Source: Histomonas meleagridis 2922-C6/04-290x
Lineage: Eukaryota > Protista > Parabasalia
DNA: 64,000 bases
Assembly (NCBI GenBank): GCA_020184695.1
Contig: JAANOX010000253.1
Span: 1 to 64,000, forward strand
Reading direction: 5' to 3'
The first letter of the stretch is position 1. Every line of letters begins with the position of its first letter. The translations under genes and the position numbers were made by a program. Below, piece after piece: positions 12,190 through 22,513 of the stretch. Below the pieces are notes generated by a model. It was not told where the DNA came from. It was given only the letters and a program-made list of their open reading frames with translations, and made no database searches.

Positions 12190-14142
12190 TTAATTTACAT
12201 TAAGTGATGTACTCAGTTGTCCGTAACTTTTCTTCCTCTTTAGCACCACAACGACGCCAATGATTAATCCGACCACGACAACAGCTGCCACAACTGATAT
12301 TGCGATGATAGCCTCTTTGGACAGTCCGCTTTTGTTGGCTGGCGGTGGAATCGGAACTTCAGCATCGATGTTATTCATTGTCTTATTTAACTCCCAAACA
12401 TTCACATTGACCACAGTTGAGTTGTCGTCAGATATAACCATAATTTGATTTAATGGTTTATCTGGAAATATCAGATTTGTAATTGCACATATTCCATCGC
12501 TGGAGAAGAACTCAACAGACGACTTATCGATGAACAATGTAAATTCGTATTTATCTTGAACAGATACATTACAATATGTTGATGAATTGAAATCATTTGA
12601 AAATGTAGAACTGGTACTATGGTTTCGATCCATAATATATTGTCCAGTTGCTGTATTTAATGTGATATCTACGTATTGTTCAACTTCATTTGAAAGTCTT
12701 AAGATAAAATTATTTGTATTCGATGTAACACCAACTGAAATTTCAGACAATTCGGTGATTTTTTCTGGTATTGTATAATTTCCTTTTTCAATTTTAATGT
12801 TTTCATATGAATTATTCCTTAATCGAAGTGATTTCGTTTCTTCAATTGGTAAATTCGTTAATGTAAGTTTCCCATTAACTTCTTTTAACCCAAATAAACG
12901 TGGAATACTACAGTATCCTCTGAAAATTGTCGATGGGATCTTGTCTGCATACTGCCAATTGTTCATCCATGCGATTCCAATGTTACGGTTATTGGGGTCC
13001 CCCGAAAAAGTGACAATAGCATATGCATCTTTTCCATAATCAACCCAACGAACGTCTTGTGGTGATTGTTCACATGTGAACTTTGTTCCATCGAATGTAC
13101 CAACAAAGTACTGGCATGCAGAACCACCTGAATATCCGCCAGGATTGATATTAAGGAGAATTACGTGTTTCTTAATTTCTGGGAAATAAAGAAGATCAGG
13201 ACATTCCCAAACTCCACTGTGTTCTCCATATCCTTCACCAAAGTCACTTAAGTGAGTCCAATTGATTAAATTATCTGATCCCCAAAATTCAATATGTTGA
13301 CCAGCAGCAATGAGAATGACAAATTTACCAGGTGAGTATTCAATAACTTTAGGATCTCTAAAATCTGGGACATTGGAATAAATATTTGGAATAATTGGAT
13401 TGCCAATATATTTAGTCCAAGTGTAACCACCGTCTTGACTATAAGCCATACTTTGCTGCTGGTAATCACCAGCTGATGTATAGAATGAAAGAATAGCATT
13501 TTGACCAAACCCGGAAACACCTTTTGTATCAACAATGGAACTACCAGAGAAAATTTGGCCAAGGTCATCACGTTCAAGTGAAACAGGCAAGTATTCCCAA
13601 TTATATAGATCTTTTGAAATAGCATGCGCCCATTCCATATTACCCCAAACAGCTGCATATAAATTAGCTTGGTGATGGTAGTGGTAATACCCGTTGTAAT
13701 AAAACATTCCGTTTGGATCATTCATCCAACCATATTTTGGTGTGAAATGATATCCTGAACGATATTGTTCATCGTAAGGAACTTGAAATGTTTCACTTTC
13801 ATAAAGCCTTTCCATAAATGAAGTGTTATCAGGAAGACCAACAGCAACAATAGTAAGTTTTCTTCCCTTCCATTTCGAAACATCCAAAGGAAGTTCATAC
13901 GATATTGAATCGTTGTTAATAGCACAACGTATGTCCAAAGTTTTTTCGAATTTATCATCGAGATATAATTTGGTAGTATATTGTTGACCTTTTTCATCGA
14001 TTGCAAAATTTATATAGTTTGCATTAACTATAAAGCTTTTAGCATGACCAACTGTGTCGCTTGCAGATAAGCAAAGAACCGCAAAAGCAATTTGGAACAT
14101 GAATGTGACGCCGATATCCATCGAAACTTTTTGTGGGATCAC
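12190..14142 (-). CDS. Glycoside hydrolase family 32 (levanase/invertase/beta-fructofuranosidase) with signal peptide and C-terminal transmembrane anchor
   Basis: Catalytic motifs WMNDPNG, FSGS, FRDPKV and WECPD. Hydrophobic N-terminus, TM segment AIIAISVVAAVVVVGLIIGVVVVL followed by KRKK. Confidence 0.93.
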   Translation of the reverse strand: MIPQKVSMDIGVTFMFQIAFAVLCLSASDTVGHAKSFIVNANYINFAIDEKGQQYTTKLYLDDKFEKTLDIRCAINNDSISYELPLDVSKWKGRKLTIVAVGLPDNTSFMERLYESETFQVPYDEQYRSGYHFTPKYGWMNDPNGMFYYNGYYHYHHQANLYAAVWGNMEWAHAISKDLYNWEYLPVSLERDDLGQIFSGSSIVDTKGVSGFGQNAILSFYTSAGDYQQQSMAYSQDGGYTWTKYIGNPIIPNIYSNVPDFRDPKVIEYSPGKFVILIAAGQHIEFWGSDNLINWTHLSDFGEGYGEHSGVWECPDLLYFPEIKKHVILLNINPGGYSGGSACQYFVGTFDGTKFTCEQSPQDVRWVDYGKDAYAIVTFSGDPNNRNIGIAWMNNWQYADKIPSTIFRGYCSIPRLFGLKEVNGKLTLTNLPIEETKSLRLRNNSYENIKIEKGNYTIPEKITELSEISVGVTSNTNNFILRLSNEVEQYVDITLNTATGQYIMDRNHSTSSTFSNDFNSSTYCNVSVQDKYEFTLFIDKSSVEFFSSDGICAITNLIFPDKPLNQIMVISDDNSTVVNVNVWELNKTMNNIDAEVPIPPPANKSGLSKEAIIAISVVAAVVVVGLIIGVVVVLKRKKSYGQLSTSLNVN

Positions 14143-14424
14143 ACAGAATTTGTTTACATAGAAATTTCTATCTGATTAAATATTTAATACCGTATTTCCA
14201 CTTTTTCAAATGATTACGATAATTATCAACACAAATATTCCATTGACTCCGTTATAAAAACGATGTCTGTTCAAAGCATTCAAATAATCCAGAATCCCAT
14301 TCAAAAAACAACAAAATTCATAGAAAACGCCAACAAAAAGTGCCATAAATTTAAACGGTTGTGCTGTTATCATTTTTGCTTTGAAGAGAAATTATGCAAA
14401 GTTATATATAATTTTATTACACAA

Positions 14425-15591
14425 TCAGAAAAATAATGAATCTAAATCAGACGGAAGTGGCTGTATTACCGAATCATAATATTTCTGTATTTTTTGTATT
14501 TTCTTTTCATCGCCACTTCCAGCGCAAAACGTAATTGCAATTCCTTTTCGACCGAATCGACCACTTCTTCCAATTCTATGTAAATATGTTTCGCATTGTG
14601 TTGGGATATCAAAGTTAATCACAAGTGTAACATTTCGTACGTCTATACCGCGCGCCCATACATCTGTTGCTATTAAAACTCTTGTTTCTCCGTTTCTAAA
14701 GTCTGCTGTTATTTGTTCTCTTTCTTCCATAGACAATTGACCATGTGCTAAACTCACAGTAAATCCGCTAGAAACCATTTGGTTCTTGAGCCATGTTCCC
14801 TTGTCGCGAGTATTGACGAATATAACCGCCCTCTCGATTGCAACGCTCTGATACAAATCAATTAGCGCATCGAACTTGAACTCTTCGGCGGAGCGAACAA
14901 TGTACTGGTTAACATTAGAAAGAGAGAGCTCATCGCGCGGAACTAAGAGATTTAGTCCTCGTGGTAAGAATCCTGTGTACAGCTCAATTACATCCTCACT
15001 AACTGTGGCTGTAACTACTACAATTTGTGGCTTGGCTGGCTGGAGAACTGTTAAAATGTCTGTTATTGTGCGCTTAAAAGATGTAAGCATTTCATCGGCT
15101 TCATCTAATACAACAATTTTGACTTTGTTGTAATCGATGTTGTGCTCTCTGAGAAGCTGAAGGATTCGCCCTGGAGTTCCAGAAACACAATGAATTCCTT
15201 TCTTCAATGCTTTGACATCTTCACCAAGTGAATTTCCACCAATACATGAACGAGTTTGAGCGCCAAGTGATTTTAATGTGTTTTCACTTTGAAGTGCAAG
15301 TTCTCGTGTTGGTGAAATCACAATTAATTCTGTGAATTTTGATGTAAGTTTGAGTCTTTGTAATGAACCAATTGAAAATGTTGCTGTTTTTCCAGTACCA
15401 TTTTGAGATTGAAGCACCATAGATTTTCCTTGTGATATTGGAATAATTGCACGTGATTGAACAGGTGAAGGTTTGGTCCATCCTAATTTAAGAATAGCAT
15501 CAAGTAACTCTGGTTTAAGGTTCATTGACTCCCATGTATCGTAAACTTTTATATTTTGAGTTGCTTGGAAAGCACGTTCTTCGTTAATCAT
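14425..15591 (-). CDS. DEAD-box RNA helicase, eIF4A/eIF4AIII-like
   Basis: Q motif GWTKPSPVQ, SQNGTGKT, PTRELA, GTPGR, DEAD, RGID, YLHRIGRSGRFGRKG. Confidence 0.92.
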   Translation of the reverse strand: MINEERAFQATQNIKVYDTWESMNLKPELLDAILKLGWTKPSPVQSRAIIPISQGKSMVLQSQNGTGKTATFSIGSLQRLKLTSKFTELIVISPTRELALQSENTLKSLGAQTRSCIGGNSLGEDVKALKKGIHCVSGTPGRILQLLREHNIDYNKVKIVVLDEADEMLTSFKRTITDILTVLQPAKPQIVVVTATVSEDVIELYTGFLPRGLNLLVPRDELSLSNVNQYIVRSAEEFKFDALIDLYQSVAIERAVIFVNTRDKGTWLKNQMVSSGFTVSLAHGQLSMEEREQITADFRNGETRVLIATDVWARGIDVRNVTLVINFDIPTQCETYLHRIGRSGRFGRKGIAITFCAGSGDEKKIQKIQKYYDSVIQPLPSDLDSLFF

Positions 15592-15994
15592 TGGTCATAA
15601 CCTTGTCACTTTTGGTGAGTAAACGGTTTTTGCTTAGTCTAAACGTCTGCTGAACACATGAATCATTAAATTTAAAAATTAAATTTACAATTAATTTATT
15701 TATTTTACGTGATTTTTTTCTTGAAATTTTAAATTCCTTGTTAAATTCATTATAGCTAATAACACAAATAGATTTCTTCATTGATAATGCATTATAGGTT
15801 TTTATTTCATCTGTTCCATTAAACAAAAATTTCAAGTTTTCACACTTTGTTTTGAAAGATAATCATTTTGTTTTCTTGTTGCGAGCAAAAACAATCAAGA
15901 AAATGAGATTGAAAAGGCATAAAGGAACTTGATAAGATTAAGGATTTTATTAAGTAATTATAAATAAAATGACCTAAAGTTGAGTTGTTACAAC

Positions 15995-17181
15995 TTATGA
16001 CAAGTTATTATGTTCTAGAAGCAGTTTAACTATTTCTGTATGACCATATTTAGATGCCAAAATAAGTGCTGTATCAAATAATTTAAATGATTTCCAAATA
16101 TTATCTCAAAATTTTAATGTATCAAAATAAATATCAAACAAAACAAATAAATATTTTCAGCATTGACATCGATTCCTTCTTGTTTAAGTATTAATTCAAC
16201 CATTTCAGTATGACCATTTGAAGATAAGTAAATAAGTGCTGTATAAAATTTTTAAAATAATTTCCAAATATTACTTTGAGATCCAAAATCATCAAAACAT
16301 ATTTTACATGAAAAGAATAAATATCTTTAACATTAACATCAATTCCTTCTTGTTCCAGAAGTAATTTAACTATTTCCATATGATTATGATCTGATGCGAT
16401 TATAAGTGCTGTTTGAAATAATTTGAATAATTTTCAAGTATTTTTTTGAAATAAAAAATTATTAAAATTAAGATCAAATAAAACATATAAATATCTTTAT
16501 CATTAATGTCAATTCCTTCTTGTTCAAGAAGTAATTTAACTACTTCTATGTGACCATTTTTAGATGCACAAATAAGTGATGTTTCAAATAAATTAAATAA
16601 TTTCCAAATGATTTTTTAAAACATGAAAAAATTATCAAAGCGAATGCTAAACAAAGTAAATAAATTTCCTTAGCATTAATATCAATCTCAACTTGTTCAA
16701 GAAGTAATTTAACTATTTCTGCGTGACCATTTTTGGATGCCAAAATAAGTGCTGTCCGAAGAGATTTAAATAATTTTTAAATATTATTTCAAAACCAAAA
16801 ATTATTTATACCAAAATCTAATTAAATCAAAAAACATCTTTAGCATTAATATCAATTTTTTTCTGTTCAAGAAGTAATTTAACTATTTCTGTGTGACCAT
16901 TTTCAGATGCAAACATAAGTGCAGTCTCAAATAATTTAAATAATTTCCAAATATTATTATGAAATATAAAATCATTAAAACAAATTCTAAATATAAAATA
17001 TAAATACATTTAGCATTAACATTAATTCCATCTTGCTCAAGTAATATTTTAAAGATTTCGGCATAACCATTTTGAGCACAGTTTAGAACAAATGATGTTT
17101 CAAAAAATTCGAAGAAATATCAAATATATATTTAAAACATTAAATCATATTATTAAAAATCGAATGAATTTAATAAATAAA
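15995..17181 (-). repeat. Tandem array A: ~170-nt period (87-nt ankyrin block + 83-nt spacer)
   Basis: Spacers at 17099-17181, 16926-17008, 16756-16838, 16583-16668 (86 nt), 16413-16495, 16243-16325 and 16073-16155. Confidence 0.9.
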
Positions 17182-18276
17182 TTTAATATTGGTATCAATA
17201 AATTGATTATTAACAAGATAATTAAAAAGTTCTTTATTTCCACAAAATGATGTAGCTTTAAATTTAATTGATTTTTTTGGAAATTTTTCAAGATAATATT
17301 GAACAAGAAATAAATTCCCGCTTTTTATTGATTCGTTAATAATATTTTCACTGATTTTCATTCTCTTTTCTTGTAAAAATGATAATATTTCATAATTATT
17401 AGATAAAATACATTCGATTCCCAAATTTTCTAAATTAGAAATTTTTGCAAATTTATTTTCGTAAAGATAATGAAAGATATCATTTCTATGAAATTTAATT
17501 GCCGCAACATATGTATCACTAAATTTTGAATGATTTTGTTTACACAAATGAATGATTTCAAGATTTCCGCTTGCAACTGCAAATTTCCCTGAATTATATA
17601 ATTTAGCACCATTTATAAGCAAAAATTTAAAACATTTGATTGACCCAAAAAATGATGCATATTCAATTAATGTAACATTTTCTTTGGCAAGAAATGAACA
17701 TCTTTCATAAATTGATTTTTCAATTCTTTGATTAAAATCAAAATTATTTTGCGATGATATTTCTTGAAGTTTTTCTATTTCATCATTTCGAATTATTCTT
17801 GAGATTTCATTTGGATTATAGCCTTCTTTAATTAAGTGCTTATGAAACTCCCAATCATTCTTTGATAGTTCTTCATTCATTTGTGAAACTTCTATATTTT
17901 CATAAAGTAATTCATTATCAATTTTCTCAAGAAGATAATTCGATTCTTGGGTATTAATAGATAGGAGAAACTTTGCAAAAATAGTGAATATTTTATTATT
18001 ATTATCTTTTATGCGTTCATTTTCTACTGTTTCAAGTATTTTTAAATATTCGAAACAAACTTTATCAAGACCTTTAACCAAAAAAAATGAATAAGCAATA
18101 CTGCAAACAATGAAATTGAATGAATATGAGAAATCTTTAAAAAAGTAACTGAAGGAAGACTCAGCTGATTCGTTGATATTAGTTTCATTTAAATTAAAAA
18201 TAATTTTTTCAAGGGATTGTAATATTTGGAGATTTTCTTTGTAGCTGGGTTGTGTGGAACTATGGTACTTTTCCAT
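15995..18276 (-). CDS. DUF3447-type ankyrin-repeat protein, paralog A; first ORF 17170-18276, then 7 ankyrin blocks separated by 7 intervening sequences, ending ...LLLEHNNLS*
   Basis: The N-terminal ORF has ELSKNDWEFHK...IIRNDEIEKLQ...TLIEYASFFGSIKCFKFL...AIKFHRNDIF, shared with four paralogs. Downstream TALxxAS.xGHxEIVKLLLEQEGIDINAK blocks are stop-free. The joined model assumes spacer removal. Confidence 0.75.
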
Positions 18277-19034
18277 TGAGCAATTAATCGGTTTTCATAT
18301 CACATATCATATTTTTCATAAATACGATGAGTAAATTCAATGACAACTATCACTTTTTTCAACAGAAAATAAAATCGTCACATAGAAAATTATATCGTTT
18401 GTCAACACATTGAATTTGGAAATGTAAATATTTCAAAAAGTGGCTATTTCTGCGGCATGCGCGGATGAAGATTAAATGAATATGGTATATGATATAAAGC
18501 TCCTCTTTGATTAACAGAATAAGTCTTTTTTTTTACAAAAAATGATGGGCTCAGATTGAACATAAAATTTTCTATATTGTACAATTTCATTCATTTATTT
18601 TCGCCCAACACAAACATAGAAAGTGTCAGTAACGTACTATTCCATGAACCATAGACAAATTAATTTGAACAATATATCAGCTGATAAAATTGAAAGAGAA
18701 AATATCTTTTTGAAATCGTAATCCGCAATTATTTGAATTGGATTAGTTCCGATACGTTATATTGATTTCTGTCAGATTTATTCTTAAATTTGATGACGTC
18801 TACACTCAAAATTCTACGACGATTGTCTGGAGAATTCTGAGCTTTTTTCTATCACATAATTTTTTCGTTTAAAAGGACATCTATGTACTCTAATGAAGTA
18901 GAGACCAATTTAATATTCAGTTTAACCACATCTTTTCAATGGTGTTCGAGACACTAGATCGTCAAATGAGTTTTTGAATGTTTCTCTCAAAAAAATTTTC
19001 AGCTCATAACACGAGGTCAAAAAATTATAATTAA

Positions 19035-20063
19035 ATGCTACCTTCTCCAAAATATAAGACAGAAAAGATATCTTTACTTTTAATTCTTTCATTTTTAATA
19101 ATAATCAGATATCTTCTTATACCAATTGAAGAGCCAAAAATTGAAATCCTTACCGTATCAAGAAAGAATAGTACTGAAGATGTGCTTTTTATAATATTGA
19201 CTACCCTAAACAATTGTAGACCACATATTACAAATGATTATTTTGTATCAGATTTAAACAACATTCAGGGATATAAAGCTATTTACATCAACTTATATAA
19301 AGAGAACATAACAAGTCTTGAGCCAAATTCCAATAAAACACAAAAAAACAAAATTTTAAATCTTTATTCACCAGAATATTATCTAAACTTTCTTCCAAAA
19401 GATCGAAACCAAGATTACTACAAAGACATAGATCTCTTTTCAAAGTCATATTTTGCTCTTTCTTATTTTTTCCATGAGACAAATTATCGGTGGATCTATA
19501 GAGGTGTTGATGATTCTTTTATTAATGTAAAGCTCGTTGAGGATTATTTCAAAAACCTTGAATCAAAATATGATCCTTTAACGAAACCGGTAATACTTGG
19601 AAATTGTATACAAAAGAATAACAAGTATTTGCAAGGAGGCTCTGGTTTTTTGTATTCTAGAAAGGCTGTTGAGCTAATGTTACCGTATTATGAAAAGGTT
19701 ATTACAACATGTAATTATTTTGAAGATGTATTCCATAATAGGTTCCTTGAATATTTGGGCATTGAGCTGGAAGATGCAACAGATGAACATTTTTTGGGGC
19801 ACAGTTTAACATGGAGCGATTTATCTATACTTAAGAGTAATAATATTGGGGCTCTAAGAAAATGCCCGGAGTTTAAGAAAGACAAATATTTAAAGTGTAG
19901 GTTTTTCCATGCGCCTGTTTGTAAAGTTGTTTTCTTCCATCAACAATGCAGTATTGAACCAGGACTTTCTGCTTCTAGAGTAGTTTTTAATTGTAATAAC
20001 GATGCAATTCATTATTATATGGAGAATCAAACTGGAATTCCGCGATTATGCGCAGCAAATTAA
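19035..20063 (+). CDS. Type II membrane glycosyltransferase, GT31/fringe-like (galactosyltransferase-like)
   Basis: N-terminal TM segment, WIYRGVDDSFINV (DxD-like), YLQGGSGFLYSR and EDV motifs. Confidence 0.7.
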   Translation: MLPSPKYKTEKISLLLILSFLIIIRYLLIPIEEPKIEILTVSRKNSTEDVLFIILTTLNNCRPHITNDYFVSDLNNIQGYKAIYINLYKENITSLEPNSNKTQKNKILNLYSPEYYLNFLPKDRNQDYYKDIDLFSKSYFALSYFFHETNYRWIYRGVDDSFINVKLVEDYFKNLESKYDPLTKPVILGNCIQKNNKYLQGGSGFLYSRKAVELMLPYYEKVITTCNYFEDVFHNRFLEYLGIELEDATDEHFLGHSLTWSDLSILKSNNIGALRKCPEFKKDKYLKCRFFHAPVCKVVFFHQQCSIEPGLSASRVVFNCNNDAIHYYMENQTGIPRLCAAN

Positions 20064-20176
20064 TAAAATAGATATGTAAAAAGTGCTTTTAATAATTTTC
20101 ATTTTTTGTTAAAAATTTGATCGTACTGAACCCAAATGAAAGTGAAATTTGAGGAATTTCAGAGCTTTAACAATAA

Positions 20177-21331
20177 CTATTTATAATCTTGAAGAAATTT
20201 TACCATTTCTGTATAATCATGTGTGGATGCTTCAATAAGTGCTGTATCAAATAATTTAAATAATTTCCAAATATTATTTTGAAATATAAAATTATTAAAA
20301 TAAATATTATCTTTAGCATTAATATCAATTCCTTCTTGTTCAAGAAGTAATTTAACTATTTCTGTATGACCTTTTTCAGATGCTAACATAAGTGCTGTAT
20401 TAAATAATTGAAATAATTTCCAAATATTATTTTGAAATATAAAATTATTAAAATAAATATTAAATAAAACAAATAAATATCTTTTGCATTAATATCAATT
20501 CCTACTTGTTCAAGAAGTAATTTTACTATTTCTATGAAACCATGTTGAGATGCATACATAAGTGCTGTATAAAATAATTTAAATAATTCCCAAATATTTT
20601 TTTTAAACTAAGAATTGATAAAACACACATCAAACAAAATAAATGAATATTTTTAGCATTAATATCAATTTCTTTTTGTTCAAGAAGTAATTTAACTATA
20701 TCTGTATGTTTCTTTGAAGATGCCCACATAAGCGCTGTTTTAAATATTTTAAATAATTTCCAAATATTATTTTGAAATAAGAAATTATTAAAATAAATAT
20801 CAAAGAAAACAAATAAATATCTTTAGCATTAATATCAATTCCTTTTTGTTTAAGAAGTAATTCAACAATTTCTATAAAACCACCTTCAGATGCCCAAATA
20901 AGTGCCGTCCAAAATAATATAAACAATTTTCAACATTGTTTTAAAAACATAAAATTATTAAAACAAATATTAAATAATACCAATAAATATCTTTGGCATT
21001 GATATCAATTCCTTCTTGTTCAAGAAGTAGTTTAACTATTTGTATATTACCAATTGAAGATGCATCAGTAAGTGCTGTACCAAATATTTTTAATAATTTC
21101 CAGAATTAGTCTTGAAACATCAAATTAATACAGCAAACATTAAACAAAACAAATAAAAATTTTGAGCATTGATATCAATTCCTTCTTGTTTAAGAAGTAA
21201 TTGAACCACTTCTATATCATCATTACATGATGCATACATAAGTGCTGTCAGAAATAAATCAAATAATTTCCAAATGTTAGATCGAAATATTAAATTAATC
21301 AGGTAAACATCAAATAAAACATATAAATATC
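20177..21331 (-). repeat. Tandem array B: 170-nt period ankyrin block + spacer
   Basis: Spacers at 21249-21331, 21079-21161, 20909-20991, 20739-20821, 20569-20651 and 20399-20481 (all 83 nt), and 20246-20311 (66 nt). Confidence 0.9.
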
Positions 21332-22513
21332 TTTACCATTGATATCAATTCCTTCTTGCTCTAAAATATATTTAACATATTCAACATTTCCGGAATAAGC
21401 TAAAATGTTTTCTGGAATTTGGTGAGTTTCAAGAAAATATTTTGTGAGATATATATTTTCTATTGTTGCTGATGCATTAATAATTTCATCATCAATTTCC
21501 ATTCCTTCTTCAAGTAAAAACATAAAAATTTCATAGTTATGATATAAAATACATTTCTTTCCTAAATTTTCTAAAGAATCGATTTCTTCAATTTTATTTT
21601 CATAAAGATAATGAAAGATATCATTTCGGTGAAATTTTATTGCTGTTTTATATGGTTTTTCAAATGATGAATGATTTTGTTCACATAAATGAATAATTTC
21701 AATGTTTCCACCTGCAATTGCATATTTACCTGTGTTTTCTACATTTGCACCATTCATAAGTAAATATTTAAAGCATTTAACTGAGCCAAAAAATGCTGCA
21801 TAATCAATTAATGAAACATTTTCTTTATTAATAAAATCACATCTTTCATAAAGTGATGGTTTTATTATTCGATCAAAATTAAAATTATTTTGTGATGACA
21901 TTTCTTGAAGTTTTTCTATTTCATCATTTCGAATTATCTTCGCAATTTCATTTGGATTAACTCCCTCTTTAACATATTGTTTATGAAGCTCCCAATCATT
22001 CTTTGAAAGTTCTTCATAATTTTTCTCGAATCTCCGCTTGAATTCATTATAACCCGATTTCTTAATTTCTTGTTTTGACATATAATGCGCAAAATAAAGA
22101 TTAAGTGTATTTCGTACACTTGTTGGAGGGAGTAAATTATTTACAACTAATTTTTCAAGAAGATAATATGATTCTTGTGTGCATTTGTTCATAAGAAAAC
22201 GTGTAAATATATTGAGAATATTCGCTTCATTGAATTTTTTAATGTCTTTTTCCAAAATTTCAATTTCTTTAAGAAAAACGATATAGATATCAAATTCATT
22301 CATTCTGGTGATAATAATAATATATATTATTTGAGTGATAAATGTATTAAAAAATATTGGATAAGTATTATCAAATTTGTTAATAATTGATTTTGCAGAT
22401 TGATCAATATTTTCTTTATTTATATTAGAAATTATGTCCTTGATAGATAAAAGTGTTTCCATTTTATCATGAAATTCTTGAGCTGCATTTTTTCCAACAA
22501 AATTGGATTCCAT
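20177..22513 (-). CDS. DUF3447-type ankyrin-repeat protein, paralog B; first ORF 21299-22513, then 7 ankyrin blocks, ending ...VKFLQDYK*
   Basis: Same N-terminal domain as paralog A. The ankyrin blocks are open and the terminal half-repeat ends in a stop at 20177. Confidence 0.75.

Noticed and set aside
20399-20481. Canonical GT-AG splicing of the spacers using the frequent GT at spacer nt 12 and the AG in ACA-GCA
   Set aside because: It would leave the downstream block out of frame and delete Thr. The GT is absent in many copies, ACG/ACT codons destroy the AG, and there is no conserved ACTAAC branch point.
20399-20481. AT-AC (U12-type) intron from G|AT to AC|A
   Set aside because: The join is out of frame and removes the conserved Thr. 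There is no ATCCTT 5' motif or U12 branch site.
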